From Eledone cirrhosa (Eukaryota): 64,000 nucleotides of DNA. A program made the translations under genes and the position numbers. Below are positions 39,401 to 53,701 of the stretch, piece by piece; positions within the stretch are counted from its first letter, which is position 1; each line of letters begins with the position of its first letter. Location of the stretch: positions 202,988,001-203,052,000 of the forward strand of contig OZ024742.1 of NCBI GenBank assembly GCA_964016885.1, in the 5' to 3' direction. The notes under the pieces are model-generated. The model searched no databases. It saw only the letters and a program-made list of their open reading frames with translations, and was not told where the DNA came from.

Positions 39401-42400
39401 TTGACTATCAACACACGAACTGTGGAACTTGTACCAACTTTGACTATCAACACACGAACTGTGGAACTAGTACCAACTTTGACTATCGACGCCCGAACTG
39501 TGGAATTAGTACCAACTTTGACTATCAACACACGAACTGTGGAACTAGTACCAACTTTGACTATCGACGCCCGAACTGTGGAACTAGTACCAACTTTGAC
39601 TATCGACGCCCGAACTGTGGAACTAGTAACAACTTTGACTATCAACACACGAACTGTGGAACTAGTACCAACTTTGACTATCAAAACACGAACTGTGGAA
39701 CTAGTACCAACTTTGACTATCAACACACGAACTGTGGAACTAGTGCCAACTTTGACTATCGACGCCCGAACTGTGGAACTTATACCAACTTTGACTATCA
39801 ACATACGAACTTTGGAACTAGTACCAACTTTGACTATCAACACACGAACTGTGGAACTAGTACAAACGCTGACTAACAACACAGGAACTGTGGAACTAGT
39901 ACCAACTTTGACTATCAACATACGAACTTTGGAACTAGTACCAACTTTGACTATCGACGCCCGAACTGTGGAACTTGTACCAACTTTGACAATCAACATA
40001 CGAACTGTGGAACTAGTACCAACTTTGACTATCAACATACGAACTGTGGAACTAGTACCAACTTTGACTATCATCATACGAACTGTGGAACTAGTACCAA
40101 ATCTGACTATCAACAAAGGAACTGTGGAACTAGTACCAACTTTGACTATCAACATACGAACTGTGGAACTAGTACCAACTTTGACTATCGACGCCCGAAG
40201 TGTTGAACTAGTACCACCTTTGACTATCAACACACGAACTGTGGAACTAGTACCAACTTTGACTATCAACATACGAACTTTGGAACTAGTACCAACTTTG
40301 ACTATCGACGCCCGAAATGTGGAACTAGTACCACCTTTGACTATCGACGCCCGAAGTGTGGAACTAGTACCAACTTTGACAATCATCATATGAACTGTGG
40401 GACTAGTACCAACTTTGACTATCGACGCCCGAACTTTGGAACTAGTACCAACTTTGACTATCAACACACGAACTGTGGAACTAGTACCAACTTTGACTAT
40501 CACCATACGAACTGTGGAACTAGTACCAACTTTGACTATCAACATACGAACTGTGGAACTAGTACCAACTTTGACTATCGACGCCCGAACTGTGGAACTC
40601 GTACCAACTTTGACAATCAACATACGAACTGTGGAACTAGTACCAACTTTGACTATCGATGCCCGAAATGTGGAACTAGTACCAACTTTGACTATCAACA
40701 CACGAACTGTGGAACTAGTACCAACTTTGACTATCGACGGCCGAACTGTGGAACTAGTACCAACTTTGACTATCTACATACGAATTGTGGAACTAGTACC
40801 AACTTTGACTATCAACACACGAACTGTGGAACTAGTACCAACTTTGACTATCGACGCCCGAACTGTGGAACTAGTAGCAACTTTGACTATCTACATACGA
40901 ATTGTGGAACTAGTACCAACTTTGACTATCAACACACGAACTGTGGAACTAGTACCAACTTTGACTATCGACGCCCGAACTGTGGAATTAGTAGCAACTT
41001 TGACTATCTACATACGAATTGTGGAACTAGTACCAACTTTGACTATCAACACACGAACTGTGGAACTAGTACCAACTTTGACTATCGACGCCCGAAGTGT
41101 GGAACTAGTACCACCTTTGACTATCAACACACGAACTGTGGAACTTGTACCAACTTTGACTATCAACACACGAACTGTGGAACTAGTACCAACTTTGACT
41201 ATCGACGCCCGAACTGTGGAATTAGTACCAACTTTGACTATCAACACACGAACTGTGGAACTAGTACCAACTTTGACTATCGACGCCCGAACTGTGGAAC
41301 TAGTACCAACTTTGACTATCGACGCCCGAACTGTGGAACTAGTAACAACTTTGACTATCAACACACGAACTGTGGAACTAGTACCAACTTTGACTATCAA
41401 AACACGAACTGTGGAACTAGTACCAACTTTGACTATCAACACACGAACTGTGGAACTAGTGCCAACTTTGACTATCGACGCCCGAACTGTGGAACTTGTA
41501 CCAACTTTGACTATCAACATACGAACTTTGGAACTAGTACCAACTTTGACTATCAACACACGAACTGTGGAACTAGTACAAACGCTGACTAACAACACAG
41601 GAACTGTGGAACTAGTACCAACTTTGACTATCAACATACGAACTTTGGAACTAGTACCAACTTTGACTATCGACGCCCGAACTGTGGAACTTGTACCAAC
41701 TTTGACAATCAACATACGAACTGTGGAACTAGTACCAACTTTGACTATCAACATACGAACTGTGGAACTAGTACCAACTTTGACTATCATCATACGAACT
41801 GTGGAACTAGTACCAAATCTGACTATCAACAAAGGAACTGTGGAACTAGTACCAACTTTGACTATCAACATACGAACTGTGGAACTAGTACCAACTTTGA
41901 CTATCGACGCCCGAAGTGTTGAACTAGTACCACCTTTGACTATCAACACACGAACTGTGGAACTAGTCCCAATTTGACTATCAACATACGAACTTTGGAA
42001 CTAGTACCAACTTTGACTATCGACGCCCGAAATGTGGAACTAGTACCACCTTTGACTATCGACGCCCGAAGTGTGGAACTAGTACCAACTTTGACAATCA
42101 TCATATGAACTGTGGGACTAGTACCAACTTTGACTATCGACGCCCGAACTTTGGAACTAGTACCAACTTTGACTATCAACACACGAACTGTGGAACTAGT
42201 ACCAACTTTGACTATCACCATACGAACTGTGGAACTAGTACCAACTTTGACCATCAACATACGAACTGTGGAACTAGTACCAACTTTGACTATCATCATA
42301 CGAACTGTGGAACTAGTACCAACTCTGACTATCAACAAAGGAACTGTGGAACTAGTACCAACTTTGACTATCAACATACGAACTGTGGAACTAGTACCAA

Positions 42401-44974
42401 CTTTGACTATCGACGCCCGAACTGTGGAACTCGTACCAACTTTGACAATCAACATACGAACTGTGGAACTAGTACCAACTTTGACTATCGATGCCCGAAA
42501 TGTGGAACTAGTACCAACTTTGACTATCAACACACGAACTGTGGAACTAGTACCAACTTTGACTATCGACGGCCGAACTGTGGAACTAGTACCAACTTTG
42601 ACTATCTACATACGAATTGTGGAACTAGTACCAACTTTGACTATCAACACACGAACTGTGGAACTAGTACCAACTTTGACTATCGACGCCCGAACTGTGG
42701 AACTAGTAGCAACTTTGACTATCTACATACGAATTGTGGAACTAGTACCAACTTTGACTATCAACACACGAACTGTGGAACTAGTACCAACTTTGACTAT
42801 CGACGCCCGAACTGTGGAACTAGTAGCAACTTTGACTATCTACATACGAATTGTGGAACTAGTACCAACTTTGACTATCAACACACGAACTGTGGAACTA
42901 GTACCGACTTTGACTATCGACGCCCGAAGTGTGGAACTAGTACCACCTTTGACTATCAACGCACGAACTGTGGAACTTGTACCAACTTTGACTATCAACA
43001 CACGAACTGTGGAACTAGTACCACTTTTGACTATCAACACACGAACTGTGGAACTTGTACCAACTTTGACTATCAACACACGAACTGTGGAACTAGTACC
43101 ACCTTTGACTATCAACACACGAACTGTGGAACTAGTACCAACTTTGTCTATCAACACGCGAACTGTGGAATTAGTACCAACTTTGACTATCAACACACGA
43201 ACTGTGGAACTAGTACCAACTTTGACTATCACCATACGAACTGTGGAACTAGTACCAACTTTGACTATCGACGCCCGAACTGTGGAACTAGTAACAACTT
43301 TGACTATCAACACACGAACTGTGGAACTAGTACCAACTTTGACTATCAACACACGAACTGTGGAACTAGTACAAACGCTGACTAACAACACAGGAACTGT
43401 GGAACTAGTACCAACTTTGACTATCAACATACGAACTTTGGAACTAGTACCAAATCTGACTATCAACAAAGGAACTGTGGAACTTGTACCAACTTTGACA
43501 ATCAACATACGAACTGTGGAACTAGTACCAACTTTGACTATCGACGCCCGAACTTTGGAACTAGTACCAACTTTGACTATCAACACACGAACTGTGGAAC
43601 TAGTACCAACTTTGACTATCACCATACGAACTGTGGAACTAGTACCAACTTTGACTATCAACATACGAACTGTGGAACTAGTACCAACTTTGACTATCAT
43701 CATACGAACTGTGGAACTAGTACAAACATTGACTATCAACATACAAACTGTGGAACTAGTACAACTTTGACTATCGACGCCCGAAATGTGGAACTAGTAC
43801 CACCTTTGACTATCGACGCACGAAGTGTGGAACTAGTACCATCTTTGACAATCATCATATGAACTGTGGGACTAGTACCAACTTTGACTATCGATGCCCG
43901 AAATGTGGAACTAGTACCAACTTTGACTATCGACGCACGAAGTGTGGAACTAGTACCAACTTTGACTGTCGACGCCCGAACTGTGGAACTAGTACCAACT
44001 TTGACTATCGACGCCCGAACTGTGGAACTAGTACCAACTTTGACTATCAACACACGAACTGTGGAACTAGTACCAACTTTGACTATCAACACACGAACTG
44101 TGGAACTAGTACCAACTTTGACTATCAACACACGAACTGTGGAACTAGTACCAACTTTGACTATCAACACACGAACTGTGGAACTAGTACCAACTTTGAC
44201 TGTCGACGCCCGAACTGTGGAGCTAGTACCAACTTTGACTATCAACACACGAACTGTGGAACTAGTACCAACTTTGACTATCGACGCCCGAACTGTGGAA
44301 CTAGTACCAACTTTGACTATCGACGCACGAAGTGTGGAACTAGTACCAACTTTGACTGTCGACGCCCGAACTGTGGAACTAGTACCAACTTTGACTATCG
44401 ACGCCCGAACTGTGGAACTAGTACCAACTTTGACTATCAACACACGAACTGTGGAACTAGTACCAACTTTGACTATCAACACACGAACTGTGGAACTAGT
44501 ACCAACTTTGACTATCGACGCCCGAACTGTGGAACTAGTACCAACTTTGACTATCGACGCCCGAACTGTGGGACTAGTACCAACTTTGACTGTCGACGCC
44601 CGAACTGTGGAACTAGTACCAACTGTGACTATCACCACACGAACTGTTGAACTAGTACCAACTTTGACTATCGACGCCCGAACTGTGGAACTAGTCCCAA
44701 CTTTGACTATCAACACACGAACTGTGGAACTAGTACCAACTTTGACTATCGACGCCCGAACTGTGGGACTAGTACCAACTTTGACTATCAACACCCGAAC
44801 TGTGGGACTAGTACTAACTTTGACTATCGACGCATGAACTGTGGATTACTACCTACTTTGACTATCAACATACGAACTGTGGAACTAGTACCAACTTTGA
44901 CTATCAAAACACGAACTGTGGGACTAGTACCAACTTCGACTATCAAGATACGAACCGTGAAACTAGTACCAACT
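36432..44974. repeat. 39-bp minisatellite array (about 219 units)
   Basis: Consensus CGAACTGTGGAACTAGTACCAACTTTGACTATC plus a variable hexamer (AACACA, AACATA, GACGCC, ACCATA, ...). Confidence 0.98.
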
Positions 44975-45494
44975 CGCCCCCTTTCTCAGGCCGCTACTAT
45001 TTATATGTAGTGGTACAGCCCATTCTCGTCGTGGACGTCGTACTCTCGCGCAACAACGTATGAGACGCGTATGATGTTACGGTAGCATCAACTTTCTTGG
45101 GATCGTGTGTGGTTTAGTGGTTAAGGTGTGCGGCTCAGGTTCATAAGGTTATGAGATCGAATCCCGTTGGGATGTTGTTCTAATTGAGAAAAGATACTCT
45201 ACTATATAACATGTTCCGCCAGTCAACTCAACTAGAAAAATATGGGTTGTACCTGTAATTCCCAAAGCCAACTTGTCATAAACTGTCATGCTGAATCTCC
45301 CTGATAATTACGTAGAAGGTACTTATGCCCGTGTCTGTGTCTGCTGAATGTCCAGCCACTCCGTACATTAAATACACAAGCAGCCAGTCTATTGATCCCT
45401 TATCAGGATCACTTGGACGTAGGTCCAGCAACAACACGTATGTATTTACTAGAAATTTTACTAGTATTATCCGTATGTATAAGGATTGTATTAG

Positions 45495-45716
45495 GTGTGG
45501 TGGATTGTCAGTATCGGTAGAACGTCGGGCAACATGATTTCCGGCATATAGTTACGACCCTTTACCTTCTGAGTTCAAATGCCGCCGAGGTTATCATTGC
45601 CATTCATCCTTACGGGGTCGAAAAAATAAAGTACCAATAACTCATTGAAGTCGATGGAATCGACTTTCCCCTTCCCGTCAAATCGCTGGCCTTGTACCAA
45701 AAATAGAAACAATTAT
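45495..45716 (+). mobile_element. Octopus-type tRNA SINE (long variant)
   Basis: A/B boxes and core, plus the GTCGAT..ATCGAC segment. Confidence 0.75.
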
Positions 45717-45754
45717 CTGTAGGTGCGCGCATGTTTATGTCATTATATATAAGC

Positions 45755-48700
45755 TCGCAGTCATCTCCTCTCACCACCTCATTGAAAGACATCGAAAATG
45801 TCGTCAGTTTAAAAACACGATGTCGGACGTTGATTGTAACATCAACACTAACACAAACACCAATAACATGCAAAATATAAACAACACCAACCAGAACAAC
45901 AACAACAACAACAATAATGACAACAAGAACAACAACAGTAACAATAATAACAACACCACCACCACCAATAACAACAACAATGATAACAACAACACCACCA
46001 ACAACAACAGCAACACGAACAACTCCACGAACAAGGAAAAGATTTCTTTTGCTCAAACCTTCCAAAAGACGGAACTGTTCACATACCTTCACATTTCCAA
46101 TGTTAGGGAAATGTGAAGCGATGTAAAACAGTACGTAACTTTTGATGAGAGTGGTGCTTTCAGCATCACTTCTCCTCAACAGTTACGCAGAGAAACTGTT
46201 CTAAAAACAGTAATTTTTAGGACGGTTTCAAATGTGTCGAAAAAACCAGTTCAGTTATCCCAAAACGATATTGAACTGGTTCTGAAGAATTCCATGAAGG
46301 ATATTGCCTTCATCTAAAAAGGGAAACTTTTTGGAAGCATTTCGGTGTTGTTGAAAGACCAATTGACAGCACAAAAATATTCTGTATCGCCGATTTTGTC
46401 CCTCCCTTTACACCTTTTTCCCCACATATATGGAAAAAAGAACACAAAAAAAAAATTTTTGAACATCGCACCAAATGTAAACGTCTGGTGGATTCTAACT
46501 GGCTTCATCGATTTCGACGAAGACACCATCATTTCGGTGGGAAAGTCCTCCAGAGGCACATTCAATGGTACAAGCATGGAAGTTCTGGTCCGAATGAGGC
46601 CAGAACGGATAGCTAAAATACCCCAACGTGTGCCTCTGGATGGAATTTCAGACATAAACATTTCTGTTGAGGGTAGGCGGCCTTCATGTTACCACTGTTT
46701 AAGCAGTGGTCACCTGAAGGCTTACTGTCCTCAGTTAACTAAAAAAAAAAATAGAGGCACTACTGCCAACACCCAAAACAACAACACAACCACCACCACC
46801 ACCACCACCACCACCACCACAACAACAACAACAACACGCAAACACAACCAAAACAAGAACAACAAACCAACCTGCAAGCACAGTCCCACCCAACCCCACT
46901 CCACCTAAAACCACTGCAAAAACACCCACAAACACAACAGCTCCCCAAAACATAGCCCTTCCAAATAACACAGACACCACAACGGACGAGGCCCCCGCAT
47001 CATCACCAAGTGATGATGAGGTAGAGCCTCTCCGTTCGAAAAGAAAGAAGAAAAGACACCACAAGAACAAAAAAACAACAAACAAAAACCACCGCAACAC
47101 AACAAGAACATTACACATACATAAACAGTAAAAACAAAACTTTATTGGAGGTCATCTCCAACGACCCTTCGGTGAAAACGGAAGGGAAAACTTTTTAGAA
47201 CTGTGTAGACAAACCTAATTTAAAGATGATTAGGGTCCCTACGGACACCTATAAGTTTTTAAAGGAAAACTTTCCTAAGGACGTGGGTAAACCGTGTGTT
47301 AAACCCATTAACCGCGTCCTTTTAAAAAGTTTCCCCACCCTCACCCCAGACACCCCCACCCCAGGCACCCCCACCCCATGCAAACATCTCCGTCCCCACC
47401 CTGCCGGAAACCACCACCCACCCAGACAACTCCTCTAACACCCCCATGGAAACCGTGCGGTCTGATCCCCGGGAGACGAAGAGGTGATTGTTTTCTTCTC
47501 CTCTTTTAACTTTTCAGAACCAACATGGCCAATATAAGAGTTGGGTGTGTGAATGTACGCGGCCTGGGGATGCCCTGGAAACAGGGCACTCTTAAACGAC
47601 CTCAGGTCGCACAGTATGGATGTAGTAGCCATTTGCGAGTCCAGGATCCACAGCGAGCGACAGCTGGCCCCCATCCAACGGAAGGCTGGGGATGCCTTGG
47701 CTGACGATGCGCAAACACGCGCTCAGGCTGCTGAATCTCTACGTATTCCTCACAGGACAACCGGTGTGGGCCCCGTTCGTGAGGCGAGCCTTCCCACGAC
47801 TCGTCTCGCTGAACGAGCTGTAGTCCTGGGTCAAGCAAAGACCGAGGAAAATAGCCGACTGGCACATCGGATATGCTCAGGCGCTCACAGCCCTCTGGCA
47901 GGCGGACCCGGTGATCAGTGGAGACTCCGCTTCGTCATTCTATAGAGGGTTGATCCGCAGCAAGTGCGACGGCGTGCTCGGTGAATCTCTAAGCGTAGAG
48001 GAAGAGGAACTGGCCAACCTGTTCGGTTGGACCTTCCGCCCGGGACCGATGGACAACTTCCAAAAGTCCCTGGCCTGGCAGTGCTACCGAGGAGCTCTAC
48101 CAGTTCGAGACAAGCTCTACAGACATGGGCGCCCGGGCAGGGACCCTGCAAAAAAGATCTGTCCGAGGTGCGTGCGAGACGAAGAAACCGTCGCGCACGC
48201 ATTCACACACTGCCCGGGCGTCACCGACCTGTGGGGCTATGTAGAACGACTATTGTCGCGGGTGGGACCAATCCGGTTGACCACCGAGTCCATTGTCATG
48301 ATTAAACCGCCACTCTCCTTCAAAAACGAAGGAGAGGCGGTTTTCCTTTGTATGATAGGTATGTCGAAAGAGGTTGTATGGTTGACAAGGTTGAAAGGGC
48401 TGAGGTCAGACACCTTTCTCTCCGGCCAACAACTGATATTTTTTTTCAAATACCACTTTGGAAGAAGAATCAGGATGGAGAGAGAGGTGCTGTACGCCAG
48501 CATGTTTTATGAAAGCTGGGTGAAAGTGGCGAGAATGGCCCGAGTGAATGGGCCTTCTCTCTATATCAGCCTGTAGGTTGAGGAAAAAGAGGAGGAGAGG
48601 AAAGGAGTACAAACTCTTTGTACTCCTGGAGATGATGGTTGCACATTTTTTTTCGGGGGTATGTGTTACCCATATGAAATGTCTCCCCCTATTGGGGAAA

Positions 48701-48790
48701 ATCGACTAATTTTTAAATTGCATTTGTGATAATATTTTACACGTTTTTATTGTATGTAAACTTCCCCCTTTGTATTTGTCCCCTTCTTTT
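45755..48790 (+). mobile_element. Tx1/L1-type LINE, internally deleted
   Basis: Disrupted ORF1 (Asn-rich, SFAQ motif, CYHCLSSGHLKAYC knuckle); ORF2 start (YRVGCVNVRGL..DVVAICES, APE) joined near 47672 to the ORF2 C-terminus with CPRC..ETVAHAFTHC zinc finger, ending 48576. Confidence 0.85.
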
Positions 48791-48844
48791 GTATATATAT
48801 ATTAATTCAAAATATTAATAAATGTAGACATTCACGTAATCAAA

Positions 48845-48916
48845 ATGTATTTTATTATATATATTTCGGAGGTACTCTGCTAGTTTTTCAGTACGTCCTC
48901 ATCAGATAAAATACAT
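48845..48916 (-). ncRNA. Type I hammerhead ribozyme motif (family B variant)
   Basis: Minus strand: ATGTATTTTAT-CTGATGA-GGACGTACTG..CAGAGTACCTCC-GAAA-TATATA-TA^ATAAAATACAT, with an 11-bp stem I. Confidence 0.82.
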
Positions 48917-48988
48917 AAATTGATGTATGACATAACTCAATTGTGCTGATAGTTCAATCCCAGTCTTGGCAGTCTTGTTTAACTTTTG

Positions 48989-49021
<33 letters not shown>

Positions 49022-49028
<7 letters not shown>

Positions 49029-49344
49029 CGTATTTAAGAAAGCCACAACAATGCAGAGGAAAATCTCGAGGTAGGAAGTGAAAGATAGATAGGAAAAACA
49101 GGTGAAAGTGAAAATTGAGAGAGACAAAGATGAAAACAAAACAAAGGTAGAAGGGTTACCGTAGTAGAGATTTAATCCCAAATATTGGGATTAAATCTCT
49201 ACTACGGTAACCCTTCTACCTTTGTTTTGTTTTCATCTTTGTCTCTCTCAATTTTCACTTTCACCTGTTTTTCCTATCTATCTTTCACTTCCTACCTCGA
49301 GATTTCCCTCTGCATTGTTGTGGCTTTCTTAAATACGTATTTTA
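49022..49344. repeat. Near-perfect palindrome, arms of about 160 bp with a 3-nt spacer
   Basis: Centre TCCCAA-ATA-TTGGGA at 49176-49190; the ORF track shows near-identical peptides on both strands. Confidence 0.95.
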
Positions 49345-49379
49345 CACATTTCACAATGCTTCAAGCAAACTTTAACACC

Positions 49380-49417
<38 letters not shown>

Positions 49418-49547
49418 TCATTCGGGAGAAATCATCAGGATTTCTCCTGTAGAAGCAATTTCTATATTAAATAGTTATACTCTGCTATGTATTGAATACC
49501 TTGCTTACTGTGGTTACCCTCGATTGAAACCGGGATAAACTTATATA

Positions 49548-49614
<67 letters not shown>

Positions 49615-49615
49615 C

Positions 49616-49656
<41 letters not shown>

Positions 49657-50039
49657 TAAGTTTATCCCGGTTTCAATCGAGGGTAACCACAGTAAGCAAG
49701 GTACTCAATACATATATATATATATATATGTGTGTGTGTTTGTATATATTTGTTTTTGATACGAAATCGTATGTTGATTACAATACAACTGGAGGAAACA
49801 TACGAGTACCACTATGATGTCACAGATGTGTGACAAAAGCACTTTGATAGACTATATAACATATATTTATATCTGTATTTTTGACAGTTGGTCAAACAAT
49901 GATAAACATTGATTGCCATATAAATTAACTATGGAAATATATAAAAGATACAGAAGCGAAAACCAACCCAAAACAAACAGTGTGTTCTATTATTATTTCT
50001 TGCAATATTATAACAATATGACCCTCCACAAATATAACA

Positions 50040-50111
<72 letters not shown>

Positions 50112-50502
50112 TAATAAAAACAATGAATAAAAACAGAGAAACAGTTCCTTATATTAAAAAGTTCATCATTTTACGATAGTTTCTAGGATATATATGTGTG
50201 TGCTGGTATGTATATCATATGTCTTCAGAAGACAGCATATATATGTGTAGGTATGTATATTTCATCTGATAGTTTGTAAAATGTTTACATAGATCTATAT
50301 GATATACATACCAACATATATATCCTAGAAACGATCGTAAAATGATGAATTTTTTAATATAAGGAACTGTTTCTTTGTTTTTATTCATTGTTTTTATTAA
50401 TTTATCTTGACTCTGTTTTCCTGTGATTTTCATGATATTTGGATTACATTGAGTTCTTCATACGGATTGGACACTACCGTATATTTTGGTAGATTTATCT
50501 AC

Positions 50503-50534
<32 letters not shown>

Positions 50535-50574
50535 ATATTAAATAAATGGAAACTATATTTATAAAACCATATTT

Positions 50575-50636
50575 ATTTTATTATATATATTTCAAGGGCA
50601 ACCTAGACACCATTGGTACGCTTCATCAGATAAAAT
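50575..50636 (-). ncRNA. Type I hammerhead ribozyme motif (family B)
   Basis: Minus strand: ATTTTAT-CTGATGA-AGCGTACC..GGTTGCCCTT-GAAA-TATATA-TA^ATAAAAT; flank homologous to 24061-24170; stem II imperfect. Confidence 0.6.
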
Positions 50637-51666
50637 ACAAAGTTTGTTTTATAAATAGAGACGTACCCATGAAAATCACTGGATAGTGGAAATATATTGG
50701 GGATTATTCAAACTTATGTGTGAATATGTAAATAATTGAAAAACAACCGTTTATTTAAATGACACTGGAGAAAGCGAGAGAGAAAAAAAAATATTACGAG
50801 AGAGATAGAGAGAAGAAATTAACAAGATGATGAATAGAACTCATGTAACGTTAATATGGGGGAATAAATTTTAAGTATATATCTACTAATGGTACGTATA
50901 TTTATGATTATTTAGTTGTTAAAATTATTTTCTAATATAATATTTACTGTTATAAGTAAATAGAAAAATAAATAGATTTTCCAGAATTTTTAATATTTTT
51001 TAATAAAAATTTTTTAATATCTTTTATTAGATTTATAACCACTAACTAATTCAGGCTAAATATAGCTTTCAACATTTATATCTTTTAACATTTATACTTA
51101 TTTTGACAAAATAGTCTCATACTAACGAATAAATAAACAAAACTGGGAGTTTTTTCCGTATCTTCTCAGTTAACTTAATTTAATTTAACTCAATATTTAC
51201 TTACATTAAATATAAACCAATATCCCTCATTAAAACAATTATCTATAACACGATATACCCATCTATCCATTTATCTATCTATTTATCTATTTATTGATTT
51301 ATTTTTCTATTTATTTTTCTATCTAATTTTATATATATTTATTTTTCTATATATATCTATTTATTTCATATATATCTATTTATATATATATATATAAACG
51401 GAAAAAATGAAACGAAATTTCATTTCCCACTCTTAGTACGGCTGTTACTTAAATATAAGTATGTACACGTACATACATATATGTATACAGACGTACAGTA
51501 GTATGTATATATATATACATACATGCACACACATATATATATATATGTGCGTATGGATTCACCGAACATTTATTATAATGCTCGGTGTGTTTGTAAACAA
51601 ACATCCCGTATTAAGCCGTAGTGTCCAGCAACCATCGTTGCTCGTTTGTTCAACACTGACAAAGGA

Positions 51667-51709
51667 ACGCTGTACTAGTTTCAAGCTTATTAGCTATCGT
51701 CAGCAACGT
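51667..51709 (-). ncRNA. Hammerhead ribozyme, family C (intact core)
   Basis: Minus strand: ACGTTG-CTGACGA-TAGCT aata AGCTT-GAAA-CTAG-TA^CAGCGT. Confidence 0.8.
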
Positions 51710-52076
51710 ATACCTTCCTGCCAGATTGTTGAACGTATATACTTACCTTATGCATATTAACGGCTGAGTAGCCCAATTTGCATATCGAGTGGGTTAATCG
51801 GCCGGGTGCACAGAAAACGATAAACGGAAAAAATGAAACGAAATTTCATTTCCCACTCTTAGTACGGCTGTTACTTAAATATAAGTATGTACACGTACAT
51901 ACATATATGTATACATACGTACAGTAGTATGTATATATATATATACATACATGCACACTTTTTTGGTTTATCGTTTTCGGTGCACCCAGCCGATTAACCC
52001 ACTCGATATGCAAATTGGGCTACTCAGCCGTTAATATGCATAAGTATATACGTTCAACAATCTGGCAGGAAGGTAT

Positions 52077-52119
52077 ACGTTGCTGACGATAGCTAATAAG
52101 CGTGAAACTAGTGCAGCGT
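52077..52119 (+). ncRNA. Hammerhead motif, family C (GTG triplet, probably inactive)
   Basis: ACGTTG-CTGACGA-TAGCTAATAAGCGT-GAAA-CTAG-TG-CAGCGT. Confidence 0.6.
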
Positions 52120-52772
52120 TCCTTTGTCAGTGTTGAACAAACGAGCAACGATGGTTGCTGGACACTACGGCTTAATACGGGATGTTTGTTTACAAACACA
52201 CCGAGCATTATAATAAATGTTCGGTGAATCCATACGTACATATATATATATGTGTGCATGTATGTATATATATATATATACATACTACTGTACGTCTGTA
52301 TACATATATGTATGTACGTGTACATACTTATATATATATATATATATATATTTGGGGGTGTAATATGTTTATGTATATTTGTATGGCGGATGTTTATGTG
52401 GGTACTCTATATTTGTATATTTTTGTGTGCTTGTGTGTGTATGTGTGAGTGCATATGTGCGTGGTATTGTTCAATGAATGCAGCGAAACAACCCTCTCCC
52501 TGTCACTCTTACCCTCTCTCTTTGTATATGTATGTATGTATATATATAGGCATACGTCAAAACGGCCGGTCGCAAAAGTGAAACTCATTTTTGACAGTTA
52601 CGTACGTCATTATTTTAATTTTGGATTGTGAAATTGTTTGTTTTTTATGCCTATGTGTGTGTGCGTGTTTATTTAAAAGAAAGCCTGGAGGTCCGAAAAC
52701 TACTTAACAGTTTACACCACAAACGCTACCACCTACAACATTACTACTACTACTACCACCAACACCACCACG

Positions 52773-52840
<68 letters not shown>

Positions 52841-53564
52841 CTGTACAGTCATCACTTCCACCACTAACACCTACTACTGTAGGTGGTACTATAGGTGGTA
52901 GTGATATTCATAGTGTAGGTGGTAGTGTTTAAGATCGAGGTAGTGGTGGTGGTTGTGTGGTCTGTAGTTTTATTGAAGGTGGCAGTGTTGATGTTAGCGT
53001 TAATGTAGTGGTATGATATTGGTAGTGTTGGTGATAGTTTATGTGATAGTAGTACAGGACAGTATAGACTGTAGTGGCAGTGTACGGCGTAGCGTTCAGA
53101 TTAGTGTATATATGAGGATATAGTGTATGTATTTATAAAACGATTATAAACAACATATGTGAACGTTGTATATATATATTGAAGTGTTGAATGCAATACC
53201 AGATATGGTTACTGGATGTGAGAGGGCGCATCAGCGGAGGTTGGGGTATCTACGTGGTCGATCAATATATTAGAAATAACAGCCAAATCTCTCTCTCAAA
53301 CCAATGCAGCCCTTTACAAGCACACCTGCGACCTGGACAAAGGTTTTTACAGCGCTTGCATGTTTTATCTTGGTAAAATTAGTTGTAATGTGCACAATTA
53401 GCTGTCATGTGTGACCCTCAGACAGCACATATGTGACCCATGTGGCCCTCGAGGGACCCTCAGTTTGACATGCCTGCTATAGTATAAGTTTGGTAGAAAT
53501 ATCCAAGGGTAAGAGCACTCAGTCCATAAGATAAGTAAAGTATAATTAGTTACTGTTGTAACTA

Positions 53565-53701
<137 letters not shown>

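Larger units (their letters stand above)
51397..52330. mobile_element. Family C retrozyme-like element: tandem plus inverted copies
   Basis: Unit of about 425 bp (51397-51821) restarts at 51822; inverted copy at about 51968-52330; each full unit has a hammerhead; no credible ORF. Confidence 0.7.

Noticed and set aside
36407-44837. Long repetitive ORFs (TINTRTVELVPTL, NCGTSTNFDYQHT, VLIVKVGTSSTVR) as real proteins
   Set aside because: The 39-bp unit is stop-free in three frames by construction; 1-bp indels (near 37120, 37370, 38580, 41970, 43765) and stops break every frame; no credible start or flanking exons.
36432-44974. CRISPR-like array (constant repeat plus variable part)
   Set aside because: The variable part is only 6 nt and reuses a few alleles; no unique spacers, no cas genes, eukaryotic context.
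48790-48916. Idea that cleavage after ...UAUAUAUA creates the end that pairs with (TA)n targets
   Set aside because: Genomic copies extend about 50-100 nt past the predicted cleavage site before reaching (TA)n, and families A, C and D lack a TA-rich stem III, so the sequence does not support it.
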